Below, in pieces: positions 1 through 11,400 of a stretch of DNA of 64,000 nt. Each line of letters starts with the position of its first letter. Position 1 is the stretch's first letter. Below the pieces are notes generated by a model. It ran no database searches and had not been told where the DNA came from. It saw nothing but the letters and a program-made list of their open reading frames with translations. The stretch is from the sequence record ON287370.1; one strand, written 5' to 3'. Position numbers and translations under genes: made by a program.

Positions 1-2
1 TT

Positions 3-2399
3 GTTAATGATCCAACTAAGAGTACCGATCTTCTTAATATCAAGACCACTCAGGAAATCACTGAAAATGGTCAGTGTATGGTAGTGAGCTGGGAATATAA
101 TACCGATGCTTTAACTGATCGTATTTTTATGGCGCAAGGTATGATGAAGGTTGATGATGAGATCTATTCTTACAATATCAACCATGCGGCACCTAAAGTC
201 TTGAGACTCTCTGGCGCAGTAAAACAGTTGAGCGAAGATAAAGCTCAAATCACACTTACTTATGAAGACGCAGTAGGAACTCTAGACCTTAATAAAGCTT
301 ACTTTATTAATGGCGGCGATGAGGAATTGAAAGATGCGGTAGCTACTGACATCACCTCACCCTCTGCTGGCGTTGTTAACTTCACTGGACCTTATGACTA
401 TAATCCAGAAGCTCCAGCACTTCGCTACTTTACCGGTAATGTGATTCTTAAAGGCGAACTTGATCGTCAAGTTGCATTCAGTACCTTTAATAGCCCAAGC
501 TGGATTTACAAATTAGTTCCGCCTACTCCTAAAGAAGCTGTGGAATTAAAAGAAGTTAAGAATGTTTTTGATATCGAAAGCAAACTGGTTAACTATGAAG
601 TTGGGTATAAGTTCCCATCCAACAACAGCGATGTAATTAACCCAACTATCAACATTATAACTAAAGTTGGTGGTGAGGTAGTTGATTACGAGATCGTTAA
701 CAAAGACCTTAGTCAGAAACAGCTCTTGAAATTCTCAGTTAAGAATGAAGCCCTGGAAACAGGTAATCTATCTTTAGAAACTATAGTAACCTTCTCATTC
801 CCAGATTACTTGGATGTGGCAGATGCGTCAATCACTATGACGACTGATGTTAAACAACCAGCCATGGAAGTAGAGGTTTCTGATCTTAAGTTAGGTGTCC
901 TTACTGTAACTGGGAACTACCCTAAAGCTCAAGCTGATAAATGGTCTTATAAAGATATTGCCGGAACTGGGTTTGTACTGGAACCTATCAATGCGACTCC
1001 AGACGGTGAGCACTATACACTGTCATTCCAGTTGAATCCAGATGCACCAACTAAATCTAAGATCTCTGGTGTGTTAGTTAATGGTTCTGATGAGATTGCT
1101 TTCAGTAAAGAAATTGAAAGAAAGAAAATCTTCTTCAATCAGTATAGTGGGTCTAGCACTAGTGCGTCAATGGCTAGTATGGATATAGGTGTATCTGGAG
1201 AGGATACTTCAGCTAAAAACCTTATCTGCGCACCTCACGCTTTGTTGAAATATACTGAGAATGGTGTTAAGAAGACGTTCAATTCAGAAATAAAATCTAC
1301 TAATGCTAGAAATGAGGATATGTATCGCATAACCTTTACGGCACCGCAGTTCTCTGAAGCGGCATTTGTTACCAATAACCTTTGGTTTGATGATAAGAGT
1401 GTTCCTAACTCATCAACCTACATGGATGGGACTTTTGAAGGGTTGATGCCAATGCCAGCAGGCGCTACCGGCATTATTGCAGAACCTGAATCTTTAGATG
1501 CCACAGATGTTAAATTCCAGTTTGATGGTAAGATCAAGTTCTTCTTTAATGACCCTGCTAAAACCCCAGTTACTAAGCCAAGTATTTATGGTGATGTGAA
1601 ACTGAATGGTGTTCCATGGAATAGCGTGAACATAACTGAGGATGATACAGGTTATGGACTTAAGTTCAACCGTTTAGATGAAACTGTTGTTGATACTCTT
1701 CTCATGGAAGGTGTTGGTTCAGCATACGGATATATCGGTTATCCTAAAATCTCCTTTGAACAACGATACGGATATACAGGCGGTAAGCAACTGATCGCTG
1801 AATGGGGGAACATGGTTAAGTATAGTGTTCCTGGAATGTTCAGAGTTATCGATGAGAAAGGAAACACTGTCTATGTCGATAAATGGGAAGTGAAAGGTTT
1901 TGAACCGGGTATCTGGGGTGGGACAGGTCCATTGAAGATCACCAAAGGCGCCCAAGGACTTTATGGTACTGGTAGTCTCGGTATGCATATTAATGGCCTT
2001 AATAAACCAGACAACGGTGCCACTAATATTGTTGTCTTAGCCGATGGTGTTGAATACACCTCTAGAACTGAGTTTGATTACATTCCTGTTGATCCAGGTG
2101 AAGTAACGGTTGTTTATGATAAAGAAAAAGATCTTGCAGTATTCACCGTTAAACTTCCGGAAAATGGAATAACTTCTGATAAGTTTGTAGTACAGCGTGA
2201 TTATAGTTACGGTGCAACTAGCGGTGGATCTAACACATCTAACTGGATTAGAGATGCTAAAGCCATTGATGAGAAGACTGTGACCTTTACTTGCTACGTT
2301 ATGAGTAAGGCTAGCACTGACTACGAAGTCTGGTTCAGTAACTCAGATGTTAAATGTAGTTCTCAAAGTACCCGTATCACCCTCACTATAGAGCCTTAA
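3..2399 (+). CDS. Virion structural protein with Ig-like beta-sandwich domains; 5' end lies before the window
   Basis: The frame is open from nt 3 (VNDPTKSTDLL...) into the listed ATG at 78, so the gene starts upstream. The protein is rich in T/V/G beta-strand patterns and heads a run of large + strand structural genes. Confidence 0.6.
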   Translation, partial: VNDPTKSTDLLNIKTTQEITENGQCMVVSWEYNTDALTDRIFMAQGMMKVDDEIYSYNINHAAPKVLRLSGAVKQLSEDKAQITLTYEDAVGTLDLNKAYFINGGDEELKDAVATDITSPSAGVVNFTGPYDYNPEAPALRYFTGNVILKGELDRQVAFSTFNSPSWIYKLVPPTPKEAVELKEVKNVFDIESKLVNYEVGYKFPSNNSDVINPTINIITKVGGEVVDYEIVNKDLSQKQLLKFSVKNEALETGNLSLETIVTFSFPDYLDVADASITMTTDVKQPAMEVEVSDLKLGVLTVTGNYPKAQADKWSYKDIAGTGFVLEPINATPDGEHYTLSFQLNPDAPTKSKISGVLVNGSDEIAFSKEIERKKIFFNQYSGSSTSASMASMDIGVSGEDTSAKNLICAPHALLKYTENGVKKTFNSEIKSTNARNEDMYRITFTAPQFSEAAFVTNNLWFDDKSVPNSSTYMDGTFEGLMPMPAGATGIIAEPESLDATDVKFQFDGKIKFFFNDPAKTPVTKPSIYGDVKLNGVPWNSVNITEDDTGYGLKFNRLDETVVDTLLMEGVGSAYGYIGYPKISFEQRYGYTGGKQLIAEWGNMVKYSVPGMFRVIDEKGNTVYVDKWEVKGFEPGIWGGTGPLKITKGAQGLYGTGSLGMHINGLNKPDNGATNIVVLADGVEYTSRTEFDYIPVDPGEVTVVYDKEKDLAVFTVKLPENGITSDKFVVQRDYSYGATSGGSNTSNWIRDAKAIDEKTVTFTCYVMSKASTDYEVWFSNSDVKCSSQSTRITLTIEP

Positions 2400-2406
2400 T
2401 GGTATT

Positions 2407-2434
2407 AGAGTTCCTGGGGTACCCCAGGAACTCT
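2407..2434 (+). terminator. Perfect 28-bp palindromic hairpin, probable terminator or processing stem
   Basis: AGAGTTCCTGGGGTACCCCAGGAACTCT equals its own reverse complement. It lies 7 nt after the stop codon and is followed by TTAT. Confidence 0.75.
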
Positions 2435-2477
2435 TTATCAGATTCTATGTCCAAACAGTATCGATATCGGAGGAAGT

Positions 2478-5306
2478 ATGATCGATCATCCAACCACTAT
2501 ATATCTTAGTGGCGGAATAAAAAGAGAAGGTATCGATCGTCTAGTTGTGGAGCATGTCATTCGCTACACAAGAGGCGGTTATCCTAAACAGGTTTCCCTT
2601 AATGAAGTTAAAGGGGTTGATACTAAACCTGAATCACAAGGTTATGAACCAAGTACAGGTACCTACCGTACAGTGTTCAAGGTAGAAGCTGAAGCTGATC
2701 CAGATATTAAAGTTCCATTTGCGATCACTGGTAGTTATGCTATTGTTGGTGAGAAATACCCTACACCTTTTGAGCATAATGAAAAGCTCCGTATACCGGA
2801 ACCAGCTTTGGTAGTTAAATCCCCTTCCTTTAAATTCCATGATGACAGGTTTGTCGTGACTTTAAAGGTAAGAAGAACTAACGGTAAAATTCCTAAGTTT
2901 GCCTGCTTTGATAGTGAAGCGGAACCTACTGGTAATTTAGTTAGTAATAAAATCGTATCTCAAACCTATAACCCAATTACAGGTGAGTTGATCGGGGAAT
3001 ACCAGGCTAAAAGCAAAGCGAAGTATGCTGATATGAAATATCAATCAGCAGTGAGATCTTTGCCAAATCAGCCGGGTGCAGTTGTTTCCTTTGAAGGGTG
3101 TTTGGAAAGAACTAAAACTATTAACTATAAAGTTATCAGCAAAGTCCTCAAAGAAAAGACTCTCCACGTTATGATGGAAGTTAAATGGGCTGATACTGGA
3201 TTACCCCCAAGTTCATTCTCGTTGGTGACACCTTTCCTGTATGGTAATAATGTTCCTACAGGTATTGTGCAGCCGAACACAATTAACTATGACCCTCAGA
3301 CAGGGTTGTATGAATTTGGTATCACAGTAAGCGTCATTCCAGAAGGAACGATAGATTACAATTTCATTACCAAAGCCAAAGCTGAAGATTATCCAGCTAT
3401 TGATTTCAACTTGACTGTCGACTATATACACCAGTCCACTTACAGAGCTAATGTTGAATCAGTAACTTTTGGTTCCGGTATTGTTCAGGTTCGTTTCAGT
3501 ATTAATTCTAAAGAAGATTGGAATTACAAACTCCAGAACTTGCATGTCCCTCCAGCAGATTTTATTTCTAATTTGATTGGTGGTTTAAGCCCTAGAGTTG
3601 ATTGGATTCCTGGGACTAACGAGTTCATTGCTTCTTGGGAAGTCACCACCGATATCAGTAGACAGTTGAATTATAAACTCCGTGGTCATTTCATTATTGA
3701 CAATAAGCCAGTACCTTGGATGACCCAAGCAACCATTAATCCAATTGCAATCTACGGCGAGTCGATTGTTAGAGACAATGAGGAATCCATGTCTTATGAG
3801 TTTTCATTAGTTTCTGATTCTAAGATCAAATCAATTGATGCCACTTCTTTACATTTGCTGATTAATCGTATTCCATCCTCTATTAAAGTTATTCAGAATT
3901 TGGATACCTCTAATAATAAGGTTACAGGGTATTTTGAATTACCTGCTCAAACCAGCGAAGCTATAGAAGTTGAGATTATCGGTTCTGTTGTAGTAGAGAC
4001 TGGTGTGTTTGTTAAAGTACCTTTACACCTTAAGACTGTGGATTATATTCCTGAACCAGAAGGTGGAACGCAACTTCAATATGAGGTTGTAGAACACTCT
4101 GTAGTGAATGATGTAGAGAAAGTGGTATTGCGCCCTACCTTTGCTGATGGGACGTCTCCTGCCGCTTTAGAACTCATTGGTAACCGTATTGAGTTGAACG
4201 GCATTGAAGTAGTCGCACCTAAGGTCGTTTACCGTAATGGACTCCTGACAATCCTGTTTAAATTCACTCCAACTGGTTTAGCTGAAACGCACATTGTTAA
4301 AGGTAAGACCATTCTGCCTGGCTATGAATCACCTTTGGAAACTCCCTTTCAAAGTAAGGTTAAATTTGGATCGGATAACTTCCCAGCTGCATTCAACAAA
4401 AACACCGTAGTTATCGGCGATCAGTTAATTGTTAAAATCACACCAATTCTCAAAGACCATTCATTACCTACTGATGTCAAGCTGTTAGGCGTGGAGCAAA
4501 TCTCCAATGTCTATGTTGAGAAGACGGTTGATTACGCACAGAACTTCGATGATCAAACAGGTGTCCTGACATTTAACATCAAATGTGAACCTATTGATAA
4601 CGAACAAGTTAAATATGCATTAAAGGCTAAACTGGAAATTGTTGGTGCGGAAGGTAGCTACATTCAATCTGTTTCGGTTAGTGAAGTCCATAAGCCAAGA
4701 CCTCGTTATTGGACCGAGTTATCTAAGTACGAAATTAAAGATAGACGTATTATCTTTACCCATCAACTTAAATCTAACACAGCTATTCCACGTGCACTCT
4801 CTGTAGTCAAACCAGATAACATGGAAAATTATCCAATGAACTTCGAGTATAATTTCCTTACTGGGGAAATCAAACACTCAAGAGAGTTGGGTAGTGTTAA
4901 AGAAGTAACTAACTTCAATATTGATTTCATTGTTGATGTTGTTGGGACTAACTATAGTGCCGAAGTTTCTACTGGCGACTTTTACTATGGTCCAGCAGCT
5001 ACAGCTACCGAGTTGGATCACAAGTTCGATAAAGGGATACTCACTTATCGTTGGTTGTTCCGTGACGCCCTCGGTGGGATTCCTAAGTTAATCCGTATTG
5101 ATGACTTCTGGAAGCACAACGTCAATATAGAAGCTAGAAAGATTGATCTTATTTATGATCGTCAAACTGGTATCGGGTATGTTAAAGTTAAAGCAACTGA
5201 GAAACCAACTAAAGGTACTTCTTTCTTTGCTGACGCTATATTCAGATTCCCATCTCCAGATGTTAACTTCTATCCATTAGTTATCTCTGTAGACGGTACC
5301 AAATAA
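2478..5306 (+). CDS. Virion structural protein with about 9 tandem ~105-aa Ig-like repeats
   Basis: 942-aa ORF with a GGAGG SD. A Y-x-x-x-T-G hairpin motif recurs (YEPSTG, YNPITG, YDPQTG, FDDQTG, YNFLTG, YDRQTG) at roughly 100-aa spacing. Confidence 0.65.
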   Translation: MIDHPTTIYLSGGIKREGIDRLVVEHVIRYTRGGYPKQVSLNEVKGVDTKPESQGYEPSTGTYRTVFKVEAEADPDIKVPFAITGSYAIVGEKYPTPFEHNEKLRIPEPALVVKSPSFKFHDDRFVVTLKVRRTNGKIPKFACFDSEAEPTGNLVSNKIVSQTYNPITGELIGEYQAKSKAKYADMKYQSAVRSLPNQPGAVVSFEGCLERTKTINYKVISKVLKEKTLHVMMEVKWADTGLPPSSFSLVTPFLYGNNVPTGIVQPNTINYDPQTGLYEFGITVSVIPEGTIDYNFITKAKAEDYPAIDFNLTVDYIHQSTYRANVESVTFGSGIVQVRFSINSKEDWNYKLQNLHVPPADFISNLIGGLSPRVDWIPGTNEFIASWEVTTDISRQLNYKLRGHFIIDNKPVPWMTQATINPIAIYGESIVRDNEESMSYEFSLVSDSKIKSIDATSLHLLINRIPSSIKVIQNLDTSNNKVTGYFELPAQTSEAIEVEIIGSVVVETGVFVKVPLHLKTVDYIPEPEGGTQLQYEVVEHSVVNDVEKVVLRPTFADGTSPAALELIGNRIELNGIEVVAPKVVYRNGLLTILFKFTPTGLAETHIVKGKTILPGYESPLETPFQSKVKFGSDNFPAAFNKNTVVIGDQLIVKITPILKDHSLPTDVKLLGVEQISNVYVEKTVDYAQNFDDQTGVLTFNIKCEPIDNEQVKYALKAKLEIVGAEGSYIQSVSVSEVHKPRPRYWTELSKYEIKDRRIIFTHQLKSNTAIPRALSVVKPDNMENYPMNFEYNFLTGEIKHSRELGSVKEVTNFNIDFIVDVVGTNYSAEVSTGDFYYGPAATATELDHKFDKGILTYRWLFRDALGGIPKLIRIDDFWKHNVNIEARKIDLIYDRQTGIGYVKVKATEKPTKGTSFFADAIFRFPSPDVNFYPLVISVDGTK

Positions 5307-5311
5307 CCTGA

Positions 5312-5339
5312 AGGGAACCTGGGGAAACCTGGGTTCTCT
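5312..5339 (+). terminator. GAAA-tetraloop hairpin, probable intrinsic terminator
   Basis: AGGGAACCTGGG-GAAA-CCTGGGTTCTCT forms a 12-bp stem with G-U pairs on the + strand, followed by TTATT. It sits directly after the stop codon. Confidence 0.75.
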
Positions 5340-5420
5340 TTATTATGGTATGGAGTTAGGAATCCTTTGCTTTAAAGCCTGTAAAGTTTAGAATCTCTAT
5401 TTTTGAAAAGGAGCCTGCTA

Positions 5421-8400
5421 ATGGCAGAGCAAATTAAGATTAACAAAAAGTGTATTAACGATCCGTTATACACACCTGTTGAGCGTTTCTTAAAGGAACG
5501 TATCAAACGCCTTGAGGTTGAAGGACCTGAGGACGAGTTAGCTCTCGCTAAAGAGCGTTACACTGGACTTGTTGCTGGTGACTTAGTTATTGAGAATCCA
5601 GTAGCATTTCCAGATGGTATTACTCGCGTTTGCTTTACTGCGCGCAAAACCGGTTTTGCACGTGTTGACGTCGACATCACTCGTGTACAGATGAAAGATA
5701 TCCTGGAAGACTTCGCCGTTCCTATGATCGAGATCGAAGACCTGGATAACTTGAAAGCTTATGTTAAAGCTAATAAAGTTGATCATGCACTGTTATGGTG
5801 TAAGTGGTTGAACAACTATGGTGTATTGGTTTCTCAAGAAGAAGCTAAGACTATCTCTGGTCCAATGGCTGCTTTTGGTGAACTGTTCTTTAGTGAATAT
5901 GTCACTGAACGTGAATCTCTGACTTTCATTGATTACGACACCCTGGAATCAGGTACTGTTAAAATCACTGATGCGTCTTTCGGTACTGGTACTTATCCGC
6001 TGTTTATTTATGAACTGGTTCTGGATGAAGCTAATGTCCCTGGAATCACGTCTAACCTGCCAGAGTCCATTACTACTCAACGTGGTAAAGACTTCAGCAT
6101 CCCAAACACTTACTGGTTCAACACCACGATCGACATTACCCATGAAGCTCAGATCGAGATCAGTACGGGTTCTGGTTACACTATTCCTAAACGTTCTGAA
6201 GACGGTAACTTTATTCTGGGTGAAACCATTTATGGTTCTGCTGAGAAAGAAGTTCACGATGAGATCTTTGTCCGTGTTACCTATATGTGGCAAAACCGTC
6301 CCGTTAAGAAAACGTTTAAGATCAATGTAATTATCGAGAAGGATAATGAACTTGACCTGACCTTTGAAATTGATCCCCCTACAGTTACAGCTCCTTCTGG
6401 TTCTGATGTAATTGTTAAGATCAAAGCTTTCTACAAAGGTAAAGAAGTTAAGATCACTGCACCACCTTCCCAGATGCTCCAGCAAGGTAACTTTGGTCCT
6501 CTGAAATTCACAGGTCATGATACTGATGGTTCTATGATCTATGAAGGTCATTTGAGCACCAACTTCCCTAATACTGTTGAACAAGTAGGTGGGTTGTATA
6601 CTGCTGAGTTTACTTATAACGAAGGTGATGTAACATCTAAAGCTCCGGCTTATGTCAACGTTATCCTGACTCGTCCAGAAACTGCACCTAAGTTTGAGAT
6701 TCGTAGTTTCCCGGCAGTTATTCGTGGTTATAAAAATGATAAAGGTCTTCTCACTGTAGGTGCGTTCTATAATAACGAACCTATTTCACCAACTGATCTT
6801 CAGATCAAGACGGGTGTTAAAGGTGATAAAGGTCTTATTGAATACAACAGTGTGGATCAGCTCGGTGTTAATTATACACTGATCAAAGATGCCAACAAGC
6901 CTGGCCAAGAAATCCAAGATGTTTATGATCAAAGATTTGCTTGGATCGCACCAACTGGTGTACGATATACGATTACTCGTCAAGTGACCGTAATCGTTGC
7001 CCAGGTCTCTACTGTTGAAGTAGTTCCGCTTTATCCTAATCCGATAGAGGTTAAGAAATACCAGTTTGGTGGTTATCCATTCAAACTGTTAGTTAACGGC
7101 GCTGATGTTACTGGTGGTATCAGCGGATACCAATTTGAAGATCCTGGTGAGTACATTACTCATAAGAAAGGAAGCGACGTTCAGTGGATCGTAACTAAAA
7201 CCCCAGGTGCTGATGAAGAATCCACTGTAACTAAAGTACCGTTCAAATTCCGTTACACTGTTGATGGTGTTTGGCGTGACTTTACTTTCGAACAGAACTT
7301 CAGAGTTCTCCCTTGGAATCCAGATACAGGTGAAGGTGGTAACACTGATACGGTAGCTGTTCCGGCAAATGTTAAGATCGAAGGTCTGTCAGATTCAACC
7401 GGTTACTTTGAGTTTCAGGTATATCACTTAGCTGATGACATCACCGACCGCGCTGTAGTCATGAAAGATAAACTGATTACCCCTAAAGGTATCAGATTTG
7501 ATTCTTTCTCTTACATCCCGGAAACTAACGTTATCCGTGCCAACTACACTAAACTGGACCCAACTACCGAACCTGGTAAAGTTTATATCCAACGTCCTGG
7601 TGTAGATGATCCTAAGACTGGTGATATTGCGATTGTAAGCATCACTACTGATGTCAAACAGTCTCGTGTACTGGTACTGAGCGATTACGACAAAGACACC
7701 ACTGTGGAAGTTGCAGGCTCTCCTGAGCTGGCACATATCACACTGATGTTCGCAGGTAAAGTAGTCCCACTGACTGATGTTAACCTTTCCTACAAACGTC
7801 TTGATGAAACTGACATTCGTTTTGTTGATATCAAAGATGACGGGATCGAAGTAGTCAACAACATTTGGGAATACATTGGTGAAACCCGTCAGTCTGGTGT
7901 TGATCTTGAATACACCTATACCGACCCTCTAGATGGTAACAAAACCAAAGTACGCTTTACATTACCTGTCTTCACTGTTTATCCAGAGATGCGTTTAGAG
8001 AATGCTCCGGCAACTATCGATGCGGCTATCTGGGATACCGGTACTTTACCTTACAACATCATTGCTGGTAAAACTAACTGGAACGGTGCAGTAACAAGTA
8101 TTACGCCAATTGGTACAAGTAAGTACATTGCTTTCAATGTCTTTAACTGGGAAGTTATCTGGGCTGAGAAAGAAGCAACAACAATCACCGTGCCATTAGA
8201 AATCAAATGGACTGTAGGGCAAGCTAAAAATCGTAAGTTCATAACTGAAGTTACTTTCAATTTGGCGGCCTGGGACCAGATTACTTTTGGTGGTCAGTTG
8301 GATACTAAATCCATCACCAAAGATTCTCGCGTTGAAGGTAGCATTACTGGTAACTTTGTTTACAAAGGCAAGCCAGCAGATGACGACGTTGTGCTCGATA

Positions 8401-11400
8401 AAGCAATGTCTACTATTCCAGAAACATTCATCATGGGCGTTAGTGCTCCTGTAGAGAATAAAGGTGTTGTTGTGGGTTATACTACCACTCGTGGTGGTAA
8501 ATACCTGATGACACTGATCTATCGTCATGTTCCATCTAACTTGACAATGTCCTTTGATATTCCAACTGATATCGCTTGGCCTCACGAGTTGAACCTTGTT
8601 AATATCACTAAGAGTATCTCTGGTGTTTGGGAATCCGAGCAGACTATCGATCTGGTTTATAACTTCGATGGCATTCCGCTGACTCTGAACGATCCTAAAC
8701 TTAAATTGACTGCAACCTCTGGTACAGGTGAACCTGTTGAGTTGGTTAAAGTTAATGATGAGTCTCTGACTATCAAGTTGGCTAAAGGCGGTGAACAGGA
8801 TACTGATTACGACTATGAATTCAAGATTCATGTTGAGTATACTGATCCGACCGGTAAGCTTTGGACTAACGATAACACAGTACCTGTTAAGATTCACATC
8901 CCTGGTGTTAAGATCGGTGCAAACCCTTCATTTAACGTTAAGGTGTGGGAGCGCGGTGTTGTCGGCATTACTCTGGTTGATGACCAAGGTAGAAAGGTCC
9001 CAATTGAGAAGTTAACTCCTCGCGGTACTAACCCATACATCACGTTCACTGAACCTGATAACTGGTATGTTACTAGCGGTAGTCAAACTAACTCTATTAC
9101 CACTACTCTGCGTTTGAGTGCACAGTACTCCATGGGTGGGAATACCTATACCCTTGATACTGAAAGCACCTTTACAATCGCTAAGTACGACGGTAAGAAA
9201 TTGGTAATTACCGAAGGCCCTAAAGAACTATCCGGTAAAGCTGGTACTCCTGGTGTAATGAAGTTCCGCTTCACTTATGCTGGTGATCCTGCTAAGAACC
9301 TGACTGTAGATCTTGCTAAGAGTACCATACCTAAGAACATCACTCTGGGTGAAATTACTCCAGATGGTGACTTGCCGTATACCTTACTGGGTCAAGCTAC
9401 CGATACATTAACAATTACATTTGTCAGAGAAAATGCAACCAACCCACCGGTTGTTAATGATGACTATGTAACAACCACAGTTAAAGTAACCACGACTTCT
9501 TCTGATGAAGTATTTACTGTTGAGTCCAAGACTCCAGCAATCACGATTCCTTGGATGGAAACTGGTACGATTGTATTGGCCTTGAAATATGGCGAATATC
9601 CAATCCTCGGTAATACTCCAGGTCTGAAGTACTCGTTAGTCGATAATGGTAAACCTCATGGCATCCGTATTGTTGGCGGTACCGCTGATGGTGTTATTAT
9701 CCAGGCAACTCGCTCTAACGTTAGTGAAGCATTAACTGTTTATCCTGAAGACATCAAAGTCACTTATGAAGTTGGCGCACCTACTCCTAAAGAAGGAACC
9801 ATTTCTTCTAAAGTGAGTATTCAGATGGGTAAAGTTGGTATCACTAATAATGATCCAATTAAAGGTAAGATTTGGGATCTGGGTTCCTTCGGTCAGGGAA
9901 TCAAGATGGGCGATAAAGTTTTAAGTCCTATCCAGGGCTATAAAACCACTCAACCTGAAAATGAATGGATTGAATTTATCGCACCACGTGGTTGGGAAAT
10001 CATCAACGCTGAGAAAACTCCAAGTACCAAGACAGTTGGTATGCAGGTTCTCTACAAAGTAGATGAAGTAGAAGAAGTTCAAGTATTGGATTTTGATGCT
10101 TCGTTTGAAATTCAAGGAAGTGATGATCCTACCCGTTTCAAATGCACAGTTTCGCCTTCTAATCTTGAAGGTGCAGTAGATGTAGAATCTAAACTGAAAG
10201 TTCGCCCTATCTATAAAGGCAAGCAAGTAGGTGCTGCAGCAACCTTTAAACCAGAGTTAAGTACTTTCCCTAAATCACTCAAGTACGTTAGTCACTCAAT
10301 GGCTGGTGTTGATTTTGAGTTAGTCTTTGAAGGTGTGGAAGCTGGTCTGGGTGAAATGGAACTGGTGTTCTGGTCTCCAGCAGCAGGTACTGATCCAGCA
10401 CCACGTGATGTTTGGAAAGGTAAAGTTCCTACCAAGATCATGGGTGAGTTGGGTGTCGAAATTGCTGATCGTGATAACTTGCTGATTGGTAAGGATGGTG
10501 ATACTGGGGAATACAAACTCCAGATTCTGTTTGGTGGGATTCCTATCGATGCTAAACAGGAAATTGCTAACGGCGCTCTGAAAATCACGGTTGAGAAAGG
10601 TGAGGGTAGTTCTCCTAACGCAGGAGTCCTTACTGTTACCGACTGGAATGCTGAAAGCTTTAACTACTCACTGAAAGGTGTTGTTGCTCCAGGTCGTGAA
10701 GTGACTGTTTCTGATTTCATGAACATCACTTATACTTACGGTGGAAATAACTTTACACGTCGTGTAGAGATTCCTGAAAAGTATACCTCGGCGCCAGTAG
10801 CTATTGTTCCGGTTACCCCTAAAGCTTGCAAGATGTTTGAAACCAGTCAAATCGGTATCACATCAGCAAAATGTGGTGATTTGAACTTGTTGACTCCTAG
10901 TTTACCGTCACCAGCAGAATCTGGTTGGATGAACTGTGAACTGGATGAAGAACAACCTAATGGCTACATTACTGTATCTGTTAAAAACTTCACCGTAGTA
11001 AATGCTGATGTAACTGCCAAGTCGCTTACCCTGAAAATGATCTATAACGGTATCTACCGTAACTGGACATGGAAAGGTGAAGCAGAAGTGGTCTTCAACA
11101 TCGCCCCTTGGGATCAGAAGACATTCATTGCTCATTTCATGCGTGGTAATCCTTCCAAACCAATCGCTGGTGATCGGATTGCCTTGGCATTAGAAATGCC
11201 TATGAATGATGAATCTATCCTGTTTGAAACACAAACCATCTTTAAAGATAGAGTTAGTTTCAACGATATGGACACACTCGATTACCTAGACACTGATTTG
11301 AAAGGTGTATTGGAATTGAATAAATCCAGTCCTCTTGGGAGTACTGGTGATAGTGATAACAGAAGGCGGTATTTCGGTCAAGCTGTTGGTCCATATGAGG

